From contig NC_092671.1 of assembly GCF_964355755.1 (NCBI RefSeq), positions 11,718,001-11,782,000 on the forward strand: DNA of 64,000 nucleotides, read 5' to 3'. Every line of letters begins with the position of its first letter. The stretch's first letter is position 1. Made by a program: the position numbers and the translations under genes. The notes beneath the pieces were generated by a model. That model was not told the DNA's origin. It saw only the letters and a list, made by a program, of their open reading frames with translations, and made no database searches. Of the stretch, positions 39,165-53,100 are shown piece by piece. Source of the DNA: Antedon mediterranea. Taxonomy: Eukaryota > Animalia > Echinodermata.

Positions 39165-40359
39165 TTATGATTTTGTCGCGCATCTTTGTTTGGCTTTCTC
39201 TCATTCTCACGAAATTTTCTCGTTTTCAAAAGTTTATAAATAAATAACGTTCATTACTACGGTATATAATATCACTGGGTGGTTCAGTGTTTCTTTATGT
39301 CTGTAAATGTATACTAATATACAATTGGCAGGCATTGATATTATATAAACGGTAAAAATACATGTTTTTTGGATTATACCATTTTCTTGTTCGGTTTCCC
39401 CCCGATTTAACAGAATCGTAAAGGGGAAACAACGGCGATTGATTGATAGAGAAGGCGTAACATACTTGCAACACGAAAAAGACCCACTTGGAATTTAAAA
39501 AAAAAAGAAGAATTGAAACGACAGTAATAAAATGTATTGTGTACATTGAAATGCGATCCTAAAATACAATAACAAACGTATAAAGTGACGAAATGCTCCG
39601 TTTGCTACAACTTGTAGTCGTACTATTTTTCTACTTTTCATTAGTGTCAGGTTATACCCGTGTACTAAAAAATAGAGACATATAAATGCTCTGTAAAATG
39701 ATCCTAAAAAAATAATAACAATAAATTAGTCTTTGAACCACTTATATGCACTGATTTATGTAACAAATTAAAACAATCTCAACCATTTAAATGACATTCT
39801 CAGCTCCATGTTATTTTGTGGTTATTAACACGTTAAATATACAACTATATACACATTCATTGCCAAATAATCATAACACGTGGTACAATAATAATAATGC
39901 AAATCGGCAGAGATGGCGCTTTTCAAATGTGGAAAATAATGATAAAAAAACAGTTGAAAAATAATTAATTGCTCAAATGGCTTTCGTAGTTTTTACATTA
40001 AAAGATATTTGTCGTTTTATTGTCTTTAATTCACATTTTTATTTATGAAAACAAATTACAGATGTGTTACATCAGGTGTAAAACTCTTGAAGGAACTGTT
40101 ACCACGTCGTCTATCATGACAAATAATTAGGAATATCACTAGTAAAGTATGTTTCATGCAATGTGTATGTTGACCAGTTGTAATATTCTTGTTGCTTGTG
40201 TTTTGCAAACATATGCTCCATAACTAAAACATGTATTGTATCCTTATATATTTAAGGATAGTTGGCGAATTTTCTTTTTTTTTTCTGTTTGTTGATATAG
40301 ATGAAATTTCCGAAATAATAGAAATTGAAATGACTGTCTAATAGTAGGCCTAAATCGTA

Positions 40360-40672
40360 ATTTTGTCTGAAAGTCTGGTTCACACTATAATAATAATTAC
40401 GTAATTATTTTTGCAATTTTTTAAATCCTATTTTTATATGACACTCATATTTCTAACCATTATGATGTTTTCATCTTTAATCTTTCTTGAAATGTTAGTA
40501 TTTGTTGCATTTTTGTCTGAAAGTCTGGTTCACACTATATATATATCTGCTATATAAGGGTTTTTATTGCAATTTTTTAAATCCAATTTTTATATGACAC
40601 TCATGTTTTCTAACCGTTTTATGATGTTTTCATGTTTAATCTTTCTTGAAATGTTAGTGTTTGTTGCATTTG
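40360..40672. repeat. ~150-bp tandem duplication
   Basis: TTTTGTCTGAAAGTCTGGTTCACACTATA...TTTCTTGAAATGTTAGT.TTTGTTGCATTT occurs twice. Confidence 0.85.
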
Positions 40673-41440
40673 TATTTTATCCTTTGGTGTCGTTCTGTCT
40701 GTATTTTACCCATCTTATCATATTCTTATTATGTTTATAACATATAACGCCATAGCCAGAGTGCTTGACGAATTAAATAAATTGAATTGGTTGGTTAAGC
40801 TATTACCGTTACGTTACGTTAGTGGATTAAACCCAGATTAAGAAATGTTCCTTTGGCTGATTATGAACGTTATTTGAAAAAGGCATTTACATGTTCAATT
40901 TTGATGTTAAATGTTTTAATCAAAATTAAATCAACTAGCGCATGCACTAACCGTTAATGTAGGGGCCTATAAGGTTTGACTCTTTTAAAGAATGGCGTCC
41001 TCTTTCGTCTAAAGTCTATTTCAGAATTCGCACTCGCAATTGGAAGATATCATAATATTGGTTTTACAGATGCGCAGATGATCGTAATGGTGTGTACTTT
41101 TTGTCTATGTATTTAAATAACAATGAACACAATGTAAACATTTAGCTGATTTTATTTTCATGTAACTATTAGATTTAATTTACACGCAGAGTATAACAAT
41201 TGTGACAACTTACTCTTGGATGTTCAACGATTAGGCCAACAACAACAACGCCATGACTCGTTTCAAACTATGACCGTGTGAACCGAGACAACAAACTGTA
41301 TTTAAAGCTACCAGTCAGCCTGTATTACGTATGCTAATTACAATTTAGCATAATAGAGCAAGTGCTCGACATGCCAGTCGTAATGTGCAATCTTCACTTT
41401 TATAACGATGCATGTCATCCCCGATGCTATATTGCTATTC

Positions 41441-41555
41441 TTTTTAGTCGCGTGCAACGCGACTCTACAGCTCACTTTGTCGGTCGGTTGGTCGGTTGGT
41501 TAGTCAGTAAACACTAACTTGAGCACGCGACTGCAGCCATGTATATGGCCTTGTT
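41441..41555 (+). mobile_element. Short DINE-1/HINE-like element
   Basis: TTTTTAGTCGCGTGCAACGCGACT...(GGTC/GGTT)n...GCACGCGACT..GGCCTTGTT. Confidence 0.75.
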
Positions 41556-43296
41556 TTGTTTCGTTCGTAGTCAATGGGTCTTTAGAAACGAGAGAGTAAA
41601 TCTTTGATATTACAACTTCTGAATAAATATGTGATGACATCACAAATTAAAGTTGGCATGCTATAGAACGATATTTAACTACGACAAAGTGCTCAGAGTA
41701 TTTTATTTTAATTTAACAATTGACATATTTGTTTCTTGATACTCACATACATATATTGTGGCCTATAAACAGGCTATCACAATTAATGTTACAAATACAC
41801 AAATGTAAACCTATCTATAAATAATTGTACAAGATAATTATTTACATGTTCTTACAATTTCAATATATTCAGATTCAGATTCAGATTCAGATAATATTTA
41901 TTTAGATAATAATGAATGAATATATACAAAATAGAAAAAAGATATTAAAGTGAACATAGATAAAGCAGTAATTGGTAGTCATTATTATCATGGATCCCTT
42001 CTAGAAGTTAAAAACTTGTCTCGTAGGGACCCATAACAAAACACATTACTAAAAAAATAAAAATAACCTAGAATATATAATTATATAATTTAGGATAAAA
42101 ACTTACAGTATAATAACATAACTAACATCTTCTTTATAAAAATTATTTAAATTATATTTCAATAGTTTCATGATAATTGTTATTAATGTAAATATCCTCC
42201 CAACGACCTTCCATCTCTTCTGTTAACTGTACTGCGCGTGCGCGTGAGAAATAAATAATACTATATAGAGCCATTTAAAAAACGATTACGTAGAAAATAA
42301 ATAAACTATATAGGTATAATCAATAGTTTCTGACATTATGTAAAAATCTAACAATAAAGTAGATGCATGTCTATACCTGCCAACTCTCACGCATAATGCA
42401 TGATTACTTTCATAAGTTTATATAAAGGCCTATATATAAATATAAACAATTTATTACATTAACCTAAGAGTAATGTTTACAGAAACAACGGTTGGTCCTT
42501 ATTTTCGTAAAGATTTGAAATTATCGTTTTAACCCGACGAGCAGGCGTAAGCGCACATGTCTTCGCGACGACAGTTGTCACAATTATTGACTTAAAGAAA
42601 AAAAAAACATTTAAGATAAATATTGAAATAGGTAACAATGCAACACTACATGTCTATAACAAAACTAACGCATATTTCCTTCCAATGACACAAACTGTAA
42701 ATCATTAGTATATTCGAAGTCAACTTAAATACATACACACAAAACTGTAGACGAACTGAACACACGCCAAACACACAACAACAATCATCACTCATTTTTC
42801 TTTACTAGAGAGTTCCAGGAATAATGTCAATAAAAGGAAAGACATCAATGAAGACGTTAACAGATACCAAAAAGATGAAAAAGTACTGTAAGTCGCGTCC
42901 TCCGGGTATGGTCAGTACTGGGGTGGCCCGGTCGTCAATTAGTGAATACCCCACATGAATGTGTACATTTATTTTTTTTAAATAGAAAATATGCAAATGG
43001 AGAGGAAAATAGAAATTATTTATTTATTTTATATATTAGGCATGGATTACAATAATAAATTAATCTCTGTCCTATTATCCAATAGATGGTAATTCCCCCG
43101 ACACATGGGCTTTTTGTGAACCAGTCCACCGCGGTAACCCCCCTACTCGTCTCGAAAGATGAACTGGGTTATTTAGTGTAAAAATCCTAGAAAGTAGAAA
43201 ACATTTTTCCTTTTTTTCCCTGACTGCACGGGCAAACTACGTACACGGGACCTATTGGTTATAGGGAGAAAAGGTGTGACGTCACGTTTCCTGGCT

Positions 43297-44546
43297 GCGA
43301 TTTTTTTTTTCGTACATAAGTTGGGGACCCCCTCATGAAACGTCACAAAATAAACATGAATAATTCATCAGTTAAATTTTCTTGTTCCGTGTGCACCCAA
43401 GCGTATAGCAACAAGAAGTGATATACACAAGTGCGGTACGATTCTAGGCCTATCTCCGCTGTTGAAGAATAGCGGCGTTTTGTGTGGATTGTCGAAATAA
43501 TCGGCCTTTAGTTTATGGTGTTTTTAATATAATTTATTACTAAAGAATTACGTGTTAAAATTATAGTTTCTATTAATACTATTAGGCCTAATTATTAGTC
43601 TCTAAACCCATGTCTATTCTAGTAGTAGCTGTGTGGATGTGTGTGACGTGTGTGTGTGTTAGGTATGACCAAAGATTACACTATCTTTGGTGTAATAGTT
43701 ACACTATCTTTGGTATGACACAATCCGAGTAATAAGTCAGCAAAATTAAACAATAAACATTACACAAAAATACATTTTTTATTCTCGTGGGTCAAATCTT
43801 CCCATCTCATGTGTTCATATACGCGCATTTTTAAAGTTCCTTTGAGTACATTGCATATTGTTTGATAATTGATAGCAGAATTAAACAAATACAGTACACA
43901 AATTATACACATTCTTTATTCTTGTGGGTCTAAGCTTTCTTTGGGCTATGTCCAAGAACGCTTGGGTGTGCACACGGAACAACAACTGCGATACGATTCT
44001 TTCTACAATAATAGGCCTAGGATTCTAGGTCAATTCACGTGATTGCCTTCGCGCACTCTTCTTCACACACACGTCCACTATGCAAAATGTGTCGAGGCTA
44101 ATCGACAGCTAGGCAAAACATTAAACTAAGTAGTAATTGGACGTACATAGCCCAAAGACACAAGTCACACACACCGTACCCACACAGCTACTACTAGAAT
44201 ATATACAGGGGTTTAGAGACTAGTAATTAGGCCTAATAGTATCAATAAAACCTATAATTTTAACACGTAATTCTTTAGTAATAAACTATATTAAAAACAC
44301 CATAAACTAAAGGCTGATTATTTCGACAATCCACACAAAACTCCGCTATTCTATTATGAAATCGCACGCGGCATGCAACCACAGCGGAGATAGGCCTAGA
44401 ATCGTACCGCACTTGTGTAATCACTTCTTGTTGCTATACGCTTTGGGTGCACACGGAACAAGAAAATTTAACTGATGAATTATTCATGTTTATTTTGTGA
44501 CGTTTCATGATGGGGTCCCCAACTTATGTACGAAAAAAAAAATCGC
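43297..44546. mobile_element. 1.25-kb MITE/foldback with ~350-bp TIRs, copy A
   Basis: GCGATTTTTTTTTTCGTACATAAGTTGGGGACCCC...GGGGTCCCCAACTTATGTACGAAAAAAAAAATCGC; nearly identical to copy B. Confidence 0.9.
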
Positions 44547-44729
44547 CGACCGGACCGATTTTTGGCCTCGGACCATGCTGTCGTGACAGATGCATAGATT
44601 AGAGTAGACTAGATTTAGAAGTAGTGTAATTAATTAGGTACCTGCTTATCGTGTTTAATTATTTCCATGTAAAATTAAATAACGGTGTTAAAATATATTA
44701 TGATTGTGTTAGTAGTAGCCTATACAAAC

Positions 44730-44849
44730 CTCGTTCACAGTTGGTTCCAAAGAATCCAGCCCGACAAAGGCACCGACGATCTGTACCGCCATTCTCCAGT
44801 ATGCACTTACCAGAGTTGTAACATGGATAATGTTCACAGAGATTTGTGT
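44730..44849 (-). CDS. EGF-like domain exon (phase 1-1) of an unidentified gene or pseudogene
   Basis: Acceptor ttctttgatattttAG, 120 nt reading xTNLCEHYPCYNSGKCILENGGTDRRCLCRAGFFGTNCER with six Cys in EGF spacing and C.C..GF.G..CE; donor GAG|GTTTGT. Confidence 0.8.
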
Positions 44850-47268
44850 CTAAAATATCAAAGAAGATATATTAAATAATAAAAATAAATAATGTTTATT
44901 TGAAATACCAGTGCATCAAGATTGTATAACAGTAGCGAAATAGTGTGAACACATTTCAATGGACCGCTCTGAAAGCTTTTATCCAAAAGTTGGCGTGTTG
45001 ATCCAGAAAGAAAGTAACGTCAGCGATCTGGTCGAGTGATGATCTCTTCGTTGCCGCTGTTTCGCGTAGAACGTCCAGCAGTGAAACCTAAATCATGAAT
45101 GGGGAAGCCGGTCGTCCCTCCCCTGGTAACCCTCTTATTAAACCTACAGATCACAATCAACATTAAACGTGAATAATGTTCTCAGCTTCAAGCCCGTAGC
45201 CAGGATTTTTACAGGGGGGTTCTTTTTTCCCAAAAAGGCCCCTCTTATGGGAATTACCTCCGGTGTAAACCAGCTTATATGATTTAATATCAAACGATCA
45301 AAACACCAATGACCAGGACCTTGGCCTCATCATGGTTGGGGCAAGGGTAAGAAAAATTGGAAAAGATAGAGCGCTACAGGGGCGGTCGCAGACTCGCAGG
45401 ACTATTTTAAGAGGATTGCCCAAAGACTCCAGTGCTGTAGACAATGAGTATTTGAGCAAGAAAATTGTTAAATGACACCCACTACATGGTACTCTCGCAC
45501 GTAAAATTCATAATAAATTGCACCTCTAGTTCGACGGAAATGTCACTCACTCATAGTGCGCTAGCAAACAGAGGATCGTAGCATAATGTTATTCGACCAG
45601 TAATAAAAACATACGCGACTAACAATAGGCCTATAGGATAACATTTTTGTTTTCGTTCAATGCGAACGTCACGGGGAAGTTCCCGATGAAGGTACTTCTG
45701 GTACGGTATTACATTTTAATAACTGTAGGCCTACTCAATTATTGTAAATTTATTAGCAATTAATAATTTTAAAAAGTTATACAAAAAATATGAAGCTGCT
45801 GCTATAAATATATTGCGCAAATCTTTAAATTGTGTTATATTCAATTAAATGCTAAATAAAGTCAGATGTTAAAACCACAATTTCAAAAATTCATTTTTTA
45901 TTTATCCACTATAAACTTTAAAAAAGTGTTGTTTAAACCACACTCCAAAATAAAACAAAGAAAATTATGATATGACATTTGCAGAAGGAAGCAAACTTTG
46001 CTCTGCTTCCGGTATATACACGGTTACAATTTCGGAACTTCCATAAATTACTACGGAAATTCGGCCTAATATTTACGGACGATGGAAATGAAGATAAATA
46101 GGGTACTACACGCATCGGAAAAAAAAACTATACGCACAATTATGATTTGGCCTAAAAATTGGCTTTAGATTATGGAAAACCCCCGGCAAAACGCAATAAT
46201 TATGACAAATCGATTATCAGCCTTGGTAATATGCCTAATATTTAAAAGGAATGAATATAAGCTATATTTTTGTTTTGTCAAAAAGTTCATATTATGTGAA
46301 TGCTTGATCCATTAGAGGTAATCTGTGATAGTTTTTATTGCTTGTATTATAACACAAGTTCATTTTGGATTTTCAGTAAATTACCAATGGTTTATTTAAG
46401 GTCAACACTGTAACTAATGCCTCACTATTCAATCAAAATGTTATTATTATACTACTAACTATATTGTTGAAAAATGGATTGCGTGATATCAAAATGGATT
46501 GATGTAAAACGTAACAAAGATACGATCTTGTCTGGTATTCATACAGTGATGAAGCGGAGGGTTGTTTTTGTAGCGTTCCATTTAAAATAATTTTTGTTAC
46601 AAAGATATATTTTGGTTGTGAAGATCGCTAAATTCGTTGGCGCCAGACTTGCTTCTTTTACCAATTTTAACAATAAGCTAACAACAAAACATTGAACAAT
46701 GATAAAATGCCATAATGCTGTAACTACTTTATAACTAAGTCTATCAAGTTCCGAGTTTGCTCAGCTACCGACGCGGTATAATTCTCTGTTAATTCTGAAA
46801 TTCGGCCTAATATTACGGACGTATACGGAAATGAAGATAAACTGGGTACTACACGGAAAAATAAACCTATATACGCAAAACTATGATTTGGCCTTAACTT
46901 ATGGAAAAACGCAATAATTATGAACAAATTGACGACCCATATGACGGGTTTTTCCCGAACACACTGTGTGTTGGCCTCCTTTCGTACCTCTCATCAAGAG
47001 AGAGATACATCTCCCTGCTCTCTGACGCGCGCACCACAAGAAACTAGTCAATCAGAAATTTGTTCTGCGTATGTTCAGAAATATATCTACTTTTATCTGT
47101 GCGCGGTATAAGTAGGCCTATTGGTGACTGCTGTGCCAATTTACAAATATTCTCTTTCAGACTGGACTTCTATATAACGTATGAATATGGATATTGTATA
47201 CGAAGAAATGGGACTCAATTTTAATTTAGTGGCAGAAACAACATTTAGTATGAAATTAAGGGTGTTGC

Positions 47269-48530
47269 CCGGGCCGCGATTTTTTTTTTCGTACATAAGT
47301 TGGGGACCCCCTCATGAAACGTCACAAAATAAACATGAATAATTCATCAGTTAAATTTTCTTGTTCCGTGTGCACCCAAGCGTATAGCAACAAGAAGTGA
47401 TATACACAAGTGCGGTACGATTCTAGGCCTATCTCCGCTGTTGAAGAATAGCGGCGTTTTGTGTGGATTGTCGAAATAATCGGCCTTTAGTTTATGGTGT
47501 TTTTAATATAATTTATTACTAAAGAATTACGTGTTAAAATTATAGTTTCTATTAATACTATTAGGCCTAATTATTAGTCTCTAAACCCATGTCTATTCTA
47601 GTAGTAGCTGTGTGGATGTGTGTGACGTGTGTGTGTGTTAGGTATGACCAAAGATTACACTATCTTTGGTGTAATAGTTACACTATCTTTGGTATGACAC
47701 AATCCGAGTAATAAGTCAGCAAAATTAAACAATAAACATTACACAAAAATACATTTTTTATTCTCGTGGGTCAAATCTTCCCATCTCATGTGTTCATATA
47801 CGCGCATTTTTAAAGTTCCTTTGAGTACATTGCATATTGTTTGATAATTGATAGCAGAATTAAAAAAATACAGTACACAAATTATACACATTCTTTATTC
47901 TTGTGGGTCTAAGCTTTCTTTGGGCTATGTCCAAGAACGCTTGGGTGCACACGGAACAACAACTGCGATACGATTCTTTCTACAATAATAGGCCTAGGAT
48001 TCTAGGTCAATTCACGTGATTGCCTTCGCGCACTCTTCTTCACACACACGTCCACTATGCAAAATGTGTCGAGGCTAATCGACAGCTAGGCAAAACATTA
48101 AACTAAGTAGTAATTGGACGTACATAGCCCAAAGACACAAGTCACACACACCGTACCCACACAGCTACTACTAGAATATATACAGGGGTTTAGAGACTAG
48201 TAATTAGGCCTAATAGTATCAATAAAACCTATAATTTTAACACGTAATTCTTTAGTAATAAACTATATTAAAAACACCATAAACTAAAGGCTGATTATTT
48301 CGACAATCCACACAAAACTCCGCTATTCTATTATGAAATCGCACGCGGCATGCAACCACAGCGGAGATAGGCCTAGAATCGTACCGCACTTGTGTAATCA
48401 CTTCTTGTTGCTATACGCTTTGGGTGCACACGGAACAAGAAAATTTAACTGATGAATTATTCATGTTTATTTTGTGACGTTTCATGATGGGGTCCCCAAC
48501 TTATGTACGAAAAAAAAAATCGCGGCCCGG
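47269..48530. mobile_element. 1.26-kb MITE/foldback with ~350-bp TIRs, copy B
   Basis: Same element with TIRs extended by CCGGGCC / GGCCCGG; no obvious TSD. Confidence 0.9.
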
Positions 48531-48860
48531 TCGTCAATTAGTGAATACCCCACATGAATGTGTACATTTATTTTTTTTAAATAGAAAATATGCAAATGGA
48601 GAGGAAAATAGAAATTATTTATTTATTTTATATATTAGGCATGGATTACAATAATAAATTAATCTCTGTCCTATTATCCAATAGATGGTAATTCCCCCGA
48701 CACATGGGCTTTTTGTGAACCAGTCCACCGCGGTAACCCCCCTACTCGTCTCGAAAGATGAACTGGGTTATTTAGTGTAAAAATCCTAGAAAGTAGAAAA
48801 CATTTTTCCATTTTTTCCCTGACTGCACGGGCAAACTACGTACACGGGACCTATTGGTTA

Positions 48861-49182
48861 TAGGGAGAAAAGGTGTGACGTCACGTTTCCTGGCTACCGA
48901 CTGCGCTAGGGCCAAACAATATTTAAAATGCTATTTTTTGAACATTGCGATTATAAACTGAAAGTGAACTTGCGATATATTATCAGCAAAATATTCAAAT
49001 ATAGTAACGTAGTAAAATAAAGCAAGATGAACAACTCTAAATTAGGTAAAAACGAAATTTATCGGGATGTGCAAAAAAGCGGTGTTAAATCAATGCGTTA
49101 GAATAGGACAAGATGGCCGACCAAACTTTGTTTGGCCCCAGATAGCGCAGTAGGAAACGTGACGTCATCAGTTTTTCTCCTA
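48861..49182. mobile_element. Small MITE
   Basis: GGAGAAAA..TGACGTCACGTTTCCT..ACTGCGCTA..GGCCAAACAA pairs with TTGTTTGGCC..TAGCGCAGTAGGAAACGTGACGTCA..TTTTCTCC. Confidence 0.7.
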
Positions 49183-49344
49183 CCACCACTTTTAACTATA
49201 TACCACTATTTCACAATTAAGCTGACTTTTATTTGAGTTACTTTTTTTAGTTTGTTTTCTCTATTTATGTACATGTATTGAATTGAAGGAAAAAAAAAAG
49301 TTAAACAAATAAATTATTTTAAATGTGTCTTAAATGACGTGTCT

Positions 49345-49995
49345 CAAAAAATCTGGCATAGCTATGGGAAGTCCGATTAGCCCAATTGTTGAAAACCTGT
49401 TTTTAGAATGGTGGAGAATGAGACCATAAGCAGAGCAAACTACAATATCAGACCTACTTATTGGTGAAGGTATGTAGACAATATTTTAGCTGTGGTTCAA
49501 AAAGAATTAATAGAAGACACCTTAACGCCATAGACCCTACTAAAAGTATAAAGTTTACTACAGAAAGAATGGCCGACAACACTCTCTCCTAGACTGCCTC
49601 ACATCACCTTAGAACTGACGGTACAATAACAACTTCGATTTACAGAAGAAGTTACTTTAAATAGTTGTGAATACCCCAACTTGGCCATTGATAGAGTGAT
49701 GACCAATAAAAAAAAGAAAAGAATAGCACAAAAAGAATAGAAAATAAGCAATGTGAGAGGCCGGGCTATCGGAAAAGATACGTAAAACTCTCACTAGCCA
49801 TAAAATTAACTCTTACTTTGTACCCAAAAACAAATTAAGATCACATTAGTACACCCAAAAGATAAGATTAAGCCGGCGGAGGACACAAGTGGAGTAGTGT
49901 ATGGTGTCCTCTGTATGAATTGTAACCAAATATACATAGGATAAACCGGTAGAAAACTGGGAATAAAAGAACATAAAAAAGATGTAGAGGAACAC
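49345..49995 (+). mobile_element. Decayed Penelope-like retroelement fragment (RT plus GIY-YIG endonuclease)
   Basis: Broken frames give RT motifs GIAMGSPISPIVENLFLE (~49355-49410) and DGTITTSIYRR (~49616-49650), then LVHPKDKIKPAEDTSGVVYGVLCMNCNQIYIG*TGRKLG.KEHKK (~49844-49980), the Penelope GIY-YIG pattern; stops and deletions present. Confidence 0.85.
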
Positions 49996-50122
49996 ATGAA
50001 ATTGTTTGTTTGTTTGTTTTTATTTTATGCTCATATAAAAATCAACAGTGGTACAGAAAATATAATATACATCAAAAATCGCAGACTAAACAAACAATAA
50101 AATCAGAACAAAGACAACAACA

Positions 50123-53100
50123 ACTAGAATTTAATTCGTCACTTTGACGAATTATAGGTGATCATTGTTATCATTTTAATGAAATTAACATTTTTTAAAC
50201 ATGCATGTACGTTAACATACGATCGTAAAAAGTTGATGTACGCCATCCTATGACATGATGCATAATCTTATATCGCTGAGTTGTGCCTATTATATGCCAT
50301 ATACAATATGTACAGTATATACTGTATATCTATATACAGTGTAGCATAGGTGAAATTACGGGACACACATCATGTTCTAATTTTTTGGTATGATGGAATT
50401 ATCAAAATAAACTCAAAGATGACAATTTCGAAAGATAATAAATTGAGCAAATAAATATAAGAATTGGAAAAGAATCTGGCACGTAGAAGCGCTGTGCGCG
50501 CTCTTTGAAATTTGTATAACTTTGACGAAAAAGATGAATAAACTACTTTTTAACTTCATCTGGCCATATGTTAACGTCACAACATCCGATAGGCTTGGTT
50601 TTTATATGAATTCATATCTACATTTCATCAGCTTTCATAATAAATTATAATCGTCAAGGTAACCTTCAATTCTGAAGAGCTGTAAGATATTCAAATTTAC
50701 GGCGAAGGTGAAATTACACGACCTACGTTATTTAAGTTTTTACGCGTGATGACGTCATCAAAATGAAAACACTGACAAGATATGAGAAAGATAAATAATT
50801 AAGCAAGCACACAATGAAATTTGTGCGAAAATCGGGCTCAAATAGCAGAGATGCGCTCTATTGAATGTGATAACCTACACAAAACGGAAAAAAATCCTAA
50901 TTTTTAAATTCAAGTGGCCATTTGATGACGTAATACCATTTTGTACTTCTAATGTTTATATACATTTATATCTACAACTTATTGACTTCCATATTAAGTT
51001 AAAAAAATTGGGGGTCACCTGCCATTCTGAAGAGTTATATTCATTTAAAAAGGCCTTAATTTTTACAATTTTTTGCACTTTTGTGCAATTAATGTGCGCA
51101 TTTTGTCATGTTTAACGTGCTCGTACAGCGTTATTTTAAGTCGGAATGGACTCAAAATCGGAGAATGTACTAAGGATTGTGAGTAGAATGTGATGTTTAC
51201 ATCAAATTTTATTTTTTACGCTTTTTACGAATTGCGTGCGCAAAAACGTGTTTTTGCGCAGTAATTTGTTGAAACACGCAAATGGCCTAATTCATGCTCT
51301 AAATTGATCAAAACTTAATTTTGAGCTTTTTAAATTTTAACGCGTGATTTCACGCGCATGACCCTACGTGCGCGTGCATTTTTATTTCCTAATATTTTTA
51401 CCCTTGACCTAAAGTTTACGTGTAGTGAATTTCATTAATATGTGATAATGAATTATGGAGATATGATTGATAATGTGATTTCACAAAATCGCGTATAAAT
51501 GACGTTACGGATGAGTGATCACGCTGAAAAGCTTATTAGGACTAAGTTACAGTATTTGAAAGACATTGTGAAATTTTGGTAATCATTGACATTAAACTTT
51601 TTGAGATATTTGTTAAAAAAAATCTGTACAGAAAGAAATTGCGAAGAAATTTTTTTTTTAACAAAAACAATTTCTCACTAGAATTTAATTCGTCACTTTG
51701 ACGAATTATAGGTGATCATTGTTATCATTTTAATGAAATTAACATTTTTTAAACATGCATGTACGTTAACATACGATCGTAAAAAGTTGATGTACGCCAT
51801 CCTATGACATGATGCATACACTGTGTCTATTATATGCCATATACAATATGTACAGTATATACTGTATATCTATATACAGTGTAGCATAGGTGAAATTACG
51901 GGACACACATCATGTTCTAATTTTTTGGTATGATGGAATTATCAAAATAAACATAAAGATGACAATTTCGAAAGATAATGAATTGAGCAAATAAATATAA
52001 GAATTGGAAGAGAATCTGGCACGTAGAAACGCTGTGCGCGCTCTTTAAAAATTGTATAACTTTGACGAAAGAGATGAAAAAACTACTTTTTAACTTCAAC
52101 TGGCCATATGATAACATCAAAACATCCGATAGGCTTAATTTTTATATGAATTCATATCTACATTTCATCAGCTTTCATAATAAATTATAATCTTCAAGGT
52201 CACCTTTAATTCTGAGGAGCTATAAGATATTCAAATGTATGGTGTAGCTGAAATTACACGACCTAGGTTATTCAAGTTTTTACGCGTGATGACGTCATCA
52301 AAATAAAAATGTTGAAAACTTATGAGAAAGATAATTATTTGAGCAAGCACATACTAAAATGTGTGCAAAAATTGGGCTCAAATAACGGAGATGCGCTCTA
52401 TTGAATGTGAAAACCCATACAAAAAGATAAAAATTACTAATTTTTAAATTGAAGTGGCCATTTGATGACGTCATACCATTTTGTACGTCTAATGTGTACA
52501 TGAATATGTATCTACAACCCAATGGCTTCCCGAATAACTTTAAAAAATTGGGGGTCACCTGCCATTCTGAAGAGTTATATTCATTTTAAAAAGGCCTTAT
52601 TTTTTTACCATTTTTAGCACTTTTGTACAATTAATGTGCGCATTTTGTCATTTTTAACGTGCTCGTATAGCGTTATTTTAAGTTGGAATGGACTCAAAAG
52701 TCGGAGAATGTACTAAGGATTGTGAGTAGAATATGATGTATACATCAAATTTTATTTTTTACCCTTTTTAAAAATCGCGTGCGCAAAAATGTGTTTTTGC
52801 GCAGTAATTTTTTTAAACACGCAAATGGCCTATTTCATGCTCTAAATTGATAAAAACTAAATTTTGAGCTTTTTAATATTTCAACGCGCGATTTCACGTG
52901 CATGACCTTGAAACGCCCGAGTTTTTATTTGCTAATATTTTTTATCTTGACCTCAAGTTTACGTGTAGTGATTTTCATTAATATGTGATAATGAATTATG
53001 GAGATATGATTGATAATGTGATTTCACAAAATGGCGTATACGTGACGTCACGGATGAGTGATCACGCTGAAAAGCTTATTAGGACTAAGTTAACGTATTT

